A DNA stretch of 64,000 nt, taken from Adineta vaga (lineage: Eukaryota > Animalia > Rotifera). A program made the translations under genes and the position numbers. The stretch spans positions 2,728,001-2,792,000 of the forward strand of contig CP075496.1 of the NCBI GenBank assembly GCA_021613535.1, read 5' to 3'. Under the pieces are notes generated by a model, which was not told the origin of the DNA, ran no database searches, and was given only the letters and a program-made list of their open reading frames with translations. Positions 24,590-36,709 of the stretch are shown here, in pieces; the stretch's first letter is position 1; every line of letters begins with the position of its first letter.

Positions 24590-25251
24590 ATGCCTCGTGT
24601 TTCACATTCAAATGATTATCTTCTTCGATCTCTTTCTTCAAAATCAGATCATTTTTTAGCTAACGATTTCGATCGTTATTGTCGAACGCCACCATCGATT
24701 ACGCCATTTATCTTTGATGAACAACAACCTGTTTTATCACCAAATGAAATTGATAAAATTCTTTCGCGCAAATTATACAATCAACTGAAAATAACATCAG
24801 GACCAGATACGAGTATAGAAATAGTTGATTAAAATAATTTCTGAAACGTTTTGTTTTAATTTTAGCTGAACAAAATTGGAAGTTAAAACCTGAAAACTTA
24901 GTTAATTCATCATCGACTATGAATATCATTGATCAGGAATTAATTACATTGATTGATCGTTTTTTTAATTTAACATATTTAAATACTATTCCTATGGTGA
25001 ATCTATTAGCTACAGCTGTAAGCGTTTTAATTTCTTTATTTTTAGAAAATCTTTCGTACCTTTTATTATTATTATTATTCTAGGTAGCAACTAATTTTCT
25101 TCGAGAAAATATTCAAGAATTGGATAACTATCTTCAAGAACAACAAACATCAGGTGTATCAATTGATATGAAAAGAAGAGCTTCATTATTATATAAATTG
25201 GACCATGATTCCGATGATGATAATGTTTCATGGGCATCGGCACCTATGTAA
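24590..25251 (+). CDS. Uncharacterised 3-exon protein of about 180 aa (orphan)
   Basis: ORF 24590 continues through two GT-AG introns of typical size (~24813-24866, ~25018-25083) into EQNWKLKPENL.. and VATNFLRENIQEL..VSWASAPM*. It is divergent from MCTS1. Confidence 0.7.
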
Positions 25252-25478
25252 ATGTGCTTCATTTTCGACAATGAGTCGATGAAGGAACATTAACATGTAG
25301 TAGCTTTATGTGTTATAAATTAATTCCGTCTATAGAAATTTTAATATTACCAGATATGATTCAATTAAAAAATGATCTGTTGTTTACTGTTCAAACTTAC
25401 GACGTCAAATAATAAAATATTTTAAAATAATGAATAAAGAACTTTAATGAGAAATAGTTATGAAGACAAGTTTATCGA

Positions 25479-27529
25479 CTAATCAACGACTGACACAAGA
25501 TTTTTGTGAACTGTTGTTGTTAATCTTGCAATGTCTCGGTTATTATTGTTTTCGATGTTGCTGGTTGCTTGAACAGCAGTACGAGTCGCTAACTTGAATT
25601 GTTGAGGTATTTCTTTTTCTGATGATGGAATAAGTTGTGACTGACTAATGCGTACTTTCAAAATGGCACTCGTTTGATGATGTCTTATAAATCGAATCAC
25701 TAATAGTACTATGCCAAGTGTTATGAGTGAACCGATTACAATACCAATAATACCAGTAATAGGAAACGAAGAAGATGAAATGATTGTTTTCACAGTAGTT
25801 ACTAAATTCGTTGTAGTGATAAAAACTATTGTCGTCTTCTTAGTAGTAGATGACGGAACTGTAGAAGATATCGTACGTATTGTTGGTATCTAAATCAAAT
25901 TTCTGATAGATAGACAATGAAAAAGGAAATATTTACCGTTCGATTTGGTCGTGCTGTTGATGTACTTGATTGTGTAGTAGTTGTACTTGTTGATGTCACA
26001 CTTGTTTCTGATGCAATTTCAAATGGCCAAAATGATGTATCTGTAATACCCATTGAATCTCTCAAACAACTAGCAATTGGTAAAAATACACCAGGATCCA
26101 ATGAAATAAAAAACTTTTCACCTGCTGTAAATATCGCATTGCTTGTTATCACCAAACGATCCAATTGATAATCGACTTGACTTACTTGTTTCACTACATC
26201 ATATGTCAAGAAATCTGTTTTTGTCGAGAGAAATTTAAAACGAACAAAGGCTTTTGTATTTGGTCGACTAAAAGTAATTCCCGATGGATAAAGTATAGTC
26301 CATTTTGATTGTGTTTTTGGAACAAGACCTATTGGAAAATGAGTAGCATTAAGGATATAGAGAGTATTTTGACTTTCCGAAGCAATTTGCACAGTAAAAC
26401 GAAGACATGTTGAAGCACCTTGATTACCAATGGAATCAACACCTGAAAAACAAAATAAATTTTGACCAACTTGATTTGCATTTGCTACATAGGTAATTTT
26501 AAAAATGTAGATTGTCGGATCGAATGGATCTACAAATGTTGTTGATTGTGTAAAACCAGCTGGATAAACTCCAATAACATTGTCTAATGTTGCATTGGGA
26601 CATTGAACTCGAATACGAATAAACATTACTAATGACTGACCCGGTTCAACAAAAATACATTGATCAGCAGGTGCATCACCAAGATAAATTGGTGGTAATT
26701 GACATGGTATAGGTGAATTCCAAATTCTTAAAATAAATTGGATTGGTACTCGAGAAAGTGGTGTAGTACTTGAAGCATTCTCGAAATCTAAAACAGTAAC
26801 AGCCAAAGCATAATAACCGATAATTGTTGGTGTTATACGAAGAACACAACTCGTTTCATTGAGATATGTGGACGATGGTAGACTTAGTAGAGAACGACAT
26901 ATACCAGCACATTCTTGTGATGTATTTGACCAAATACATACATATCGGTCAAAATCATTATCAGCAACATTAACTTTAATGAAATGAGTAAGATTTTGAC
27001 GAAGTCGCATAATTGGCAACAGCGTAACAATGGGTGCTTGATTATATCGTCCATTTAATCGTTTATATGTATTAATTTCGGTACAAACAGACCATTTATT
27101 TCCACCTGTGATCAAAGTAAACCAATCACCAGCAGCAAATAATACACGAAATTGTTTATTCAATGGTACAGAAAATATATATCGTGCTTCACCAGTAGCG
27201 AAATTCTCAATTAAATTAGCGGCAGTACATGGAGTAGCTACTGAAGTCAAAACGCTATCATTTAATGGACAGGATGAAGCACAAGTTATATTTCCAGAGC
27301 CATAGCCCGTACCAATCGTATGATTACCAAAAGCAATCTGTGAATCTGTACATGGATACCATGTATAACTCCATGTATGACGATGGAATAGTTCAACAAT
27401 TAGTGGGTCAGATGTTGAATTAATGACACGCCAAGTAATCATTGAGCCACGGTAATGAGAACTAGACACGAAAGTTACTTCGAAAGAAAGTACCCAAAAT
27501 ATATTAATCAAGGTCATTCTCTCAGTCAT
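25479..27529 (-). CDS. Single-pass surface protein with an N-terminal SH(Y/F)RG-x-x-ITW domain ('integrin-beta-like'/Sib-like), Cys-containing ectodomain, Ser/Thr stalk, TM helix and short tail
   Basis: Signal peptide followed by SHYRGSMITWR; NQAPIV..D-x-D-x-D-R..C-x-W motif; SRVPIQF; T-rich stalk; TM IIGIVIGSLITLGIVLLVI. One short intron at ~25890-25935. Confidence 0.8.
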
Positions 27530-27824
27530 ATACACTGACTATAAATAAAAAAGATTCGACGAATTCGTTGTCGATTTATACAATAAAATTAAATTCAAAA
27601 ATAGAAGAATAATTCAAAATCAATCTTCCTATTGCATTTTTATGGCTCGTGCAAATACTATAAATTACCCTACATGTATGCAAAACAAACATCTCCGCAA
27701 TTTTCAATTTTCTATTACGAAACAATAGTATTTTCTGTTCATAAGATTATACTTTATTTCATTACAAAAAAAAGAGTATATATATATATATATTGAATAA
27801 GAAAAAAAATGACATCATAATATT

Positions 27825-29234
27825 TTAGTTTTCTTCATTATCAGTAAGATTATCCAATATCGATGTGTCGCTATTATCTAATGAACAGTCCATAGAACCG
27901 TCAGATATTGAACCTATCATAATAAAAAATCGTAGAAATCTCAATATACGATGTAAAAATCTTGCTTACCATTCGTCATATTGAGTTGATTAAGAACATT
28001 TAAACCTGAGTAATGAAAACAAGCAAATTATTGAATTAAAACTTTATAATACTATCTTACACTTTCTTGCAGCTATTTCCAATTGTTTATGTTTTCGATC
28101 AATGTCATCGATTAGTTTCTGATTTTCTCTATAATAGTTTCTGTAACGTACAGCATGATAGGTTATTGTAAGACAAGAAAGAAAAAACCACAGTTGACGA
28201 AAACGCCATAGTGTATCATATAAAATCATCTAAAAATCTGTCGATAATACTAAATTTCAAACGAAATATCTTCTTTACCTGTGAATACGAAGAAAAAAAG
28301 AGCATATATCGTTCAATACTTATCAAACTAATCCACATGAGTATTAACCAGAATCTAAAAGAGAAATTCTATCTATGACAAGAACGTTCTATGTAATACT
28401 TGTCTATTTACTTTGAATCATTTGTTCGTTCGGGTATTGTTAATAAATGAATACCAAGAAGTGATAATGCATAGAAAAAATACGAACTTAAACCAAATGC
28501 ATCGACAAATAATGATGATTGTATATTGAAAAGTGTTTCTAATATCTGAACAAATAATTGTATCAAATCGGAAACGAATTAGTCTTTCATGTTTTTACTT
28601 GCTGTATCAATTCAATTTGTGCTTTATCTTTTACATATAAATGTCCACGTAATTCATCAACATCTGATTGTGCAACTTGTAAAAATCGATCAACATTCAA
28701 AGCATCATCAACAGAATGTTGATTGATAACTAAAGCTTGATCTAGACTATTTTGCATTACTTCTTGTTCGATAAGTAATTTTTTTGCTTCATTTTCAACT
28801 TGATTTGAATGTTGATTTAATTGTAAAATAGTATTTTGAGTTTGATAATGCCATTGTTGAGTTTCAAGAGCATAGCAGATACTTTGAATATGTGGAACAA
28901 AGTTTGTATAAGTTAAAAAAGCAAATGAATTCTTCGTTATATTTTGTAAGCATTCATTTATATTTCGATCAATTGTTGATAATGAACAGATTATTTTAGG
29001 ATCAATACCAGTGGAATTTAAATGACAAAAAGTGAAATGAAGAGCAAGTGTTGTTTGAATTTGTGGTGTTAATGATGAACAATCAAGTTTGCCTTGTTTA
29101 CTATCAAGAAAAACTTGTCCTATTGATCGAGATAAGCATGGCTGAGCATCATTTAAGAATAGATCATTACTGAAACCATTGATGATAATAATAATAGTAA
29201 ACAAGATCAAAGAAACTATCCGTATCCAATACAT
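27825..29234 (-). CDS. GEX1: GEX1/KAR5/Brambleberry family nuclear-envelope fusion protein (about 6 exons)
   Basis: Signal peptide, then the Cys-rich domain C..DCSSL..LALHFTFCHLNSTG..C..ECL..AFLTYTNFVPHIQSICYAL..W, a coiled coil, and three TM segments (SSYFFYALSLLGIHLLT..RT, FWLILMWISLISIER, LWFFLSCLTITYHAVRYRNY..N..L). This is the family architecture. Confidence 0.88.
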
Positions 29235-29410
29235 TATTATCTATCTAATTTCATTCATTTCATTCGAAATTTTCAAAAGAATACAAAGAAACCTTTCGAT
29301 CACCAATCTCTTGTTTTTCTGTTTTATTTTCATAATCAGATGTCACTTGTAGTCCATTCGTACTAGTAAATTATGAGATATGTGTACAGACAAACACTTG
29401 TAGTTCCTTT

Positions 29411-29434
29411 TAATAATAATAATAATAATAATAA
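29411..29434. repeat. (TAA)n microsatellite between COPB2 and GEX1
   Basis: About 8 TAA units. Confidence 0.85.
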
Positions 29435-29809
29435 CAAGAATGTAATGAACAAACAGAAAAAAAGAAACGAGAGACAACTTAAATTAGACTTATGTTCCGC
29501 ATAATAAAAAGACGAAGAAAAGTAAACTTAAATAAAGCGATTCGAGTTAAGTATATATATTTTGCTTATTTCAGATCGAATAATAAATCAAGACAAAGAA
29601 ATATAATAACCATACGTGTCTATATAGTGCTAAAAAAAAGGAAAAAAGACAACAATGTTGATAAAAACAATAGTATTGACGTTAAGTTACATAGAAGAAA
29701 AAAGCGAGACGAAAAAGAATGATAAAGTTTATTTTATGTGTTTGTATGTATGGAATATAAATAGACAACTTGATACACATATATATCACATGATGATATT
29801 CAACTGAAA

Positions 29810-32800
29810 TTAAGTATCTTTGAGAAATTCATCAACATCATCATCATCAAATTGTAGATCCTATAATGACAAAAAGAATAGAATTTAAATATATGTTTTT
29901 GAACAAAATTAAAATAGTATTAGCATGCTACAAACTATATATCCCAATAAATATAATAAAAGGAGTGAGTGCATGCGTTCTATTAACCAACGTGCGATGA
30001 TATGTTAAATAAAGTTTTTTGTGTCACTGCAAAAGTTTTTTTCTCCCTTTCAACGTTTTTACCTCATCCTCATCATCGATTTTTTTATGAACTCCTGTTG
30101 ATTGTCCAATTTCAGCATCGCTTACATCATCTTTATCGACGTCTATGTCAAATTCTTGGAGTTCTTTTTCAAGATCGCTTAATGATGATTTACGAGCAGT
30201 TGCAGTTGATTTCATATCATTTGTTGTTTTCGGTACTGTCGATGAAGATGTTTTTGTTGTTGTTACAGGCGGAGGTGTTGATTTCTTCAATGGTGGTGAC
30301 GGAGTTGCAGCTTTTGTTATTGGATTAGCAGATGCATTCATTGGAGATTGAGAACGAGAACGATCAGATGAACTTGCTGTTGACGCAAGAACAGGTGGAA
30401 CTAATTTATTAACTGTTGATGGTTCGGTGGTTGGCTACAAAGAAAATAATAGATAACGATAATATTTCTTTCTTTACAATACCTTATTTGTTTTGGTAGA
30501 AGGAACCACGGATGATGATTTTACTTGAGATGTTGTTTGTTTTGGTGTACTATCAACATCAGCGAACTGATCGTCATCATTATCATCATCATCTTTTTCA
30601 GTTGTATTTTTGTTCAATTGCACTGGATTATAAGAAAATTTGTTACCGTCTTCAGCTTCTTGCATATCAGCAATAGGATTTCGTTCCCAATTTGGCTAAA
30701 TGAATACATAAAAAGAAAATAAGATCAAGATGAGTTCTAATTTTCTTACAATAATAGATGGAAAATCACGAGCTGCTCTTAGTTTATTTGTTTGTTGTAA
30801 ATATTGTTCGGTTTTATAAGTATCAACAAGACCTGGAAAAAGATTTTCATAATCAGTTGGATTAGCTAATGATTGCGCAGCACGTTCCATGTTTATCTGT
30901 TTTAATTTTTCTCTCCATAAACCAACAATACGACCGATTTGAGATGGTAGATATGTTCGACAAAAGAAAGCTGCTTCGGGTAAACGTTGATTTTCAATAA
31001 GAATATCTAAACATTGTTCTAAATTTCCCAAAACAAAATTTGATAGAAAAGCGATATTAAATTGTCCATTTTTTCTTGAATGATCGCCAATAGTTGACAT
31101 TAATTCTTTATCACTCGATGCACTTGCTAATAATATCAATGATCCAAACGATTGCGCACGTGTTAAACATTCTTTTACTAAATTCAAATCTCCACGTTTT
31201 GTTGCTACATCAGATAATTGTAACCATTTTTGTTCATTTTCCATTTCAAGTGCAAGTTCATAACAGACTGATAAATTTCCTAATTGAAGTGCTAGATCAA
31301 ATTTATGCTCATTATCCGTGGTTACAGTCAATGCTTGTTGAAGATAGCCCTAGTAAAGAAAAACAAAATCAAATATTCTTGTGATTTTGATAATTTAATA
31401 GAAAACACACTTGTTTTTCTAGAAAATGTGCAACACGAGTACGTTGTTCTTTCGATATTGTTGGGAGAACTTGATCAGCGGTTTCGAAATCTTTACGCAT
31501 GACAGCTGTTTGATATTCAAGAACCGATAATGATAATTCAAATGAAACAATAGCCATTTCTTTATCACCCAAATATAAACGATTTTCATTGGAAACATAA
31601 CCTAATAAATACATCACTCTAAAATAAAAAGAGTCATCATCATACTCATAGGTATATATTAGTTAGACATACCTATCTAAATGGGAAACTGTTACTATTT
31701 CACCACCAACATAATAATTAATACGATTAAGAGAATTTGTATAAATAAAACAATCACCAACCCATACACCTGTTCTGATAATTTCAGGAACTTCACTAAG
31801 TGCCTATGAATGAACAAGCATTTTTTTGTAGACAACTTGTAGAACACTATGTAATATATAATAATATTCTTAAACTTACATCAAATGCGTCTTCAATTCC
31901 ATCTTCCGACATGAGATCTTTATTTGTGGCTGCAGCTGCAACTACTTGAGGACTATATCGAAGAATATAGAAGGATTCTTCAGTTGCAATACAAACTAAT
32001 TCACCATTTTGACTCCAATAAATCTGTTAAAATTATAAAACAAAATCTTGCAACATTTAACAAATAAATAACATACAGTTTTGGGAACAATTTCAATTCT
32101 TCGAACTAAACTTAATGTCTCCCAATCATAGAATGCTAAACCTGAATATGATCGAACACCGAGAAGTGATCCACCATAAATACCTTCAGCACCAGCTTCT
32201 GGTTTAAAAGTTTTTTTTTCTTTAAAATTTTTAAATATTTTAACCATATTGCCATCACGTATGGCATATTCCGATGAATCTTGTGACCAAACAAATTCCA
32301 TAGCACTACCATAACTTTTATTACGTAATGTCATAGCTGTATAAATAATATATTCACCATCACCACAAACAACGACAAATCTAAATCAGATAAAAATTCG
32401 AAATCAAATACGTACAATTATTTTTCTTTTACCGTCCATTGGGTGAATGTGATAATGTTTGTGGATATATTTCACAACTACCCATTTCTTTCACGTTTAA
32501 TGGCACTTTTTCTCCATCTTTCAATTGTTGATCACTACTTAATTGTTTCAAATTAACTTGTTGAATTTCACAATGTTTTGCCCATACTATTTTACCAGTT
32601 GATGCATCCATTGACATAGCTGGTTCCTCACGACCCAACTAAAATGAACGATTGTTGTTTAATTTTGCTCTTCACTTGTATGTATTTAAAAATTGACTTA
32701 CTTTAATCATCATCGTTCCTTCATCATAACCAAGTGCAACATTATTCGATCCTTTCAAACATGATATTGTCCAACATCTTTCCAAACCATAATTGAGCGT

Positions 32801-33941
32801 TGATTCAAGACGATATGTATTTGAATGCCATAATTTCACCGTACCATCTTCTGAACCACTTAGAACAATAGGTAATTCCGGATGAAATGAAACACAACCA
32901 ACATTTTGTGAATGTCCTTCTAATGTTTGTACACATGTTTTATTCTTCAAATGAAAATAAAATAGATGAAAGCTCGATTCGAAATGATAGAAAGATAAGA
33001 ATTACTTGATAATCCCAAATTTTCACTAGACGATCATCACCACCCGATACAAGATATGGCTTATCACCACCTGAATAATAATCAACACAATTAACACCTT
33101 TTTCATGACCTTCAAGAGTAAAATTCGGTTGTGTCGATCCTAATTGCCATACCTAAATAAAACTTTATCATATAAATCATTTATTATTTCTTTCTTCTTA
33201 CTTTCACAGTACGATCAAGTGAAGCTGATGCAAATGTATTATTATCTTTGGGATTGATAGCTATTTGCATAACATAATGAATATGTCCTTCAAAAGTTTG
33301 TTTTAATGCCCATTTAGCATCCCAATCCCATAATTTAATGGTCATATCATCTATAGAGAAAACGTATGCAGATATTCTTCTTCAAATCATCAAATTGGTA
33401 CATACCACTACTAGTTAAAATATATGGTTGAGTTGGATGAACAACCACTGAACGAATATAATCACTATGTGCTTCGAATTGATGTATTCGTTCAAGTGTA
33501 TTATAATTATAAATACGAACAAGCATATCATCCTTTATTGAAAAAAGATAGAGGAATCAGTCATTTCTTTGATTAAGAGAAGAAACGTACCGATGCAGTA
33601 ACTGCCCAGTTTTTTCGAACAATAAATTTACCGGCACGAACAGGTACATCACATATTTCAAAAGTTTTAATCAATTGCTAAATTATAAAAATAAAATAGA
33701 ATACAAAAATAAAAGATTACAATTAGCATACTTGGGTATCATGATTATAAATATGTGCATGACCATTATAAAGTGTGACTAAAATCCACGGTTCATTTGG
33801 GTGAATATCAACACATTTTACACGATCCGATCGAACAGATAATTTGCGTTTAACATCAAGCCGTAGTGGCTAAAAACATACAAGTAAACAAACAAAACGC
33901 AATTATTTATCTATAAATGTATTTCAATGAAGTTTTACCAT
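29810..33941 (-). CDS. COPB2: Coatomer subunit beta' (many exons; first exon contributes only the ATG)
   Basis: M|PLRLDVKRK.., WD40 repeats ([28 protein letters not shown]), [38 protein letters not shown], and an acidic C-terminus. Confidence 0.97.
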
Positions 33942-35116
33942 GTTATGATAAGAAATAAAATGATCAAATAAAAATGATCTAAAATAATAATAATAATAAA
34001 GAAGAGAATTTTAAGAAATTATTCATTTAGATTCAAAAACGGTACACGTAAACAAACCAACATAACACAACGAGAAATATCTGTCCACGTCCGATGGATT
34101 CGGTATTCTACCTTCATTTATCAACCAATCATATTGCTTGTTTGATTATATATATTTTAGAAAAAAAGATTTTGATATTAAGACTGAAGACAGATGGAGT
34201 GAGTTGTTGAGAATATTTCAAATAAAACTTTTGATCGTCAATTCTTGTATATTTTAAATATAGAATTCGTAAACGAAACCTTATATAAACTATCGTTAAA
34301 TATGATTTATAGTTCAAAGATATTTGAGTCGTTTCATTATATACAAAATAAAATAGTTTGATGAATTGCACTTTTTTACCTTTGTTTATCAGAATTATTC
34401 TGATATCTATCAACGTTAGTGAAAGCTAAAAGACTACTGCAAATCATTTCACTCTAGGTTGAATGATTTCATAATAAAATTTGCCTTCTTGAGTTATTAC
34501 TTTCAGTTGATCAATTCTCGTACCAACAAATGTTTTGCATAGTTTTATATTTAATCATTATGTAGAATTTTGAAGTATTCTCGTATTTATTTTGTATTTA
34601 TTCTAATATTAGCCAAACAATTTTATACAAGAATTCGATGTTGTCTAATCAAAAGAAAGTATGACCTTGATTTATGTGAGAACTCAAGATAACAAAACAT
34701 ACTACTACTTCTCAGACATATTTTGACAGGCATACGTATGTTATCCATACATAATCGATGACTACTCATTTCTTCTTTGACAAAAACTTATTAGGATGCT
34801 TAATAACTGTCGAAAGAATACTTTTCAAGGTTTCAAAAAATAGCTTCGAATAATACAAACGAAAACTTAACATCGACGCAAATATGTATGTGTGTATGCT
34901 CGATAATATACATTCATTGATTATGTAAGAAAACAAGAATTAGTATGAAGAACTAATTCATCATGTGAGCAGTTGAAAAGAAACAGAAAATAAATTACTT
35001 TAAGGAAATGAAATTATATGACCGAACTAAATATATGATTGTACGATGAAAATGGAAAAAAATCGATTAGAAAAAGACGAGACGAATATATAGAATAACT
35101 ATGAAATATTTCTTTT

Positions 35117-36709
35117 TTAATTCCAAGTTGATTGATGTTCTGTTGCAGATTGAAATTCTGGAAAAAAATTAAATTTATAATGTTTCATATGCATTTCTCG
35201 TTCTTGATCAGTACGTTGATGTTCTAATGTTGATTCATGATATTGTTGTTCATTATTTGGTCTTATATCATTAAATGTCCAATCATCATCATCACCTTGA
35301 CAATAAGTTACAATTTCCTTAAACATATCATGTAATTCATTGAGAAAACTTTTTGCCGAAAAACAATAAAGAAAAAAATTTATTGCATGAGAAGTAAATT
35401 GGACCGAATTTAAAGAGATTTGTATCATATAACGACGTGTACGTTCAGTTTTCGATTCGAGATTATGACGAAAAAATACGAAATAAATACATGCTGGAAG
35501 TGTTAATAAAACAAATGCAAATGTAACAATAATAAGTAGAGCAGTTAATTGTCGATAACGTTCGATATTTTTTCGTTGTACAATCGGTGGTGTTGATTCA
35601 ATTTGTGCTCGACTTGATCGAACTGTTACAACAATAATATATGTATTACAAATACACATGATAGCAAACGGACATAGATTATATACAGCTAAATGAACAC
35701 GCTCCCATTGAGGATAAATATAACCGGGATTATCACGCGTAGAATAACATTTTATATTACCCAAGGATGTTTGATATCCATTTAAAAATAAGATATGACT
35801 ATTCAATCCGATACAAATCAATGTTAATATCGTGATATAAAATTTTGTATATTTTAATTTGCCAAATGATTGTTTCCAATGAAGCCAATAGAGATTTAAA
35901 GCGCGATCTTGAGAAAAAAAACGAGAAAATGATTTTTTTTTTGTATTGATATTATTTGCTCAATGAAATAAAATATCTTTCTACCTTAACTCTAATAAAT
36001 CATGATAGAAAGTGGAAATTTACATTTATTATTTGTTCGCATTTAGTCTTACTATTTAATAAGTCTACTATTCTGTTATGTTTTGCAGATATAAACAGAT
36101 TAAAAACCTCATTAGATAAAATTAGGAATTATTAATACGATTAATGTGAAGATTTTTGACAAGAATAGAAATAAAAAAAGTCAATTACTCTTTTGAATAC
36201 TTTTTTTCTTACCGAGACTAACTGCAGTTAAACACCAACTGGATAATTGTAAACTAACAAATGTCATAAAGGAAATAAGACGACAATGTATAAGTGAAAT
36301 TTCTTCTAAATTAGCATTATTTGAACTAATATTAAATTTATAGAAACTATTTAAATTCCATCCATAAAGAGATATTGTATCACATATACTAACGACAACT
36401 AAATAACGAATTGTTACTAAACGACGAAGATTTCGTCGTAGTAGAACGATTATTGTTAATAAATTTCCCGCGGTACCAACAATAATCAGTATAAGGGCGT
36501 AGATACTTAAACATTGAATAATAAACGAATCACGAGTATTTATTGATGACGAACTTGTTTCATTGAGAACAGACGGTTGTGGAATCGTTTTAGTAAATTC
36601 AACAGCAACCTTAAATAAGATCCAAGGTCAATTATAAAATAAGAAAGAAAAGGAAAAAAAGCAATTATTTCTATTAGAAACTTACAATAGGTATTCGAGG
36701 AGTATTCAT
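35117..36709 (-). CDS. Class A (rhodopsin-like) GPCR, peptide-receptor-like
   Basis: TM1 IIVGTAGNLLTIIVL, TM3 AVSLDRAL across an intron, TM5 YNLCPF, TM6 FVLLTLP, TM7 HAINFFLY..F. Confidence 0.9.
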
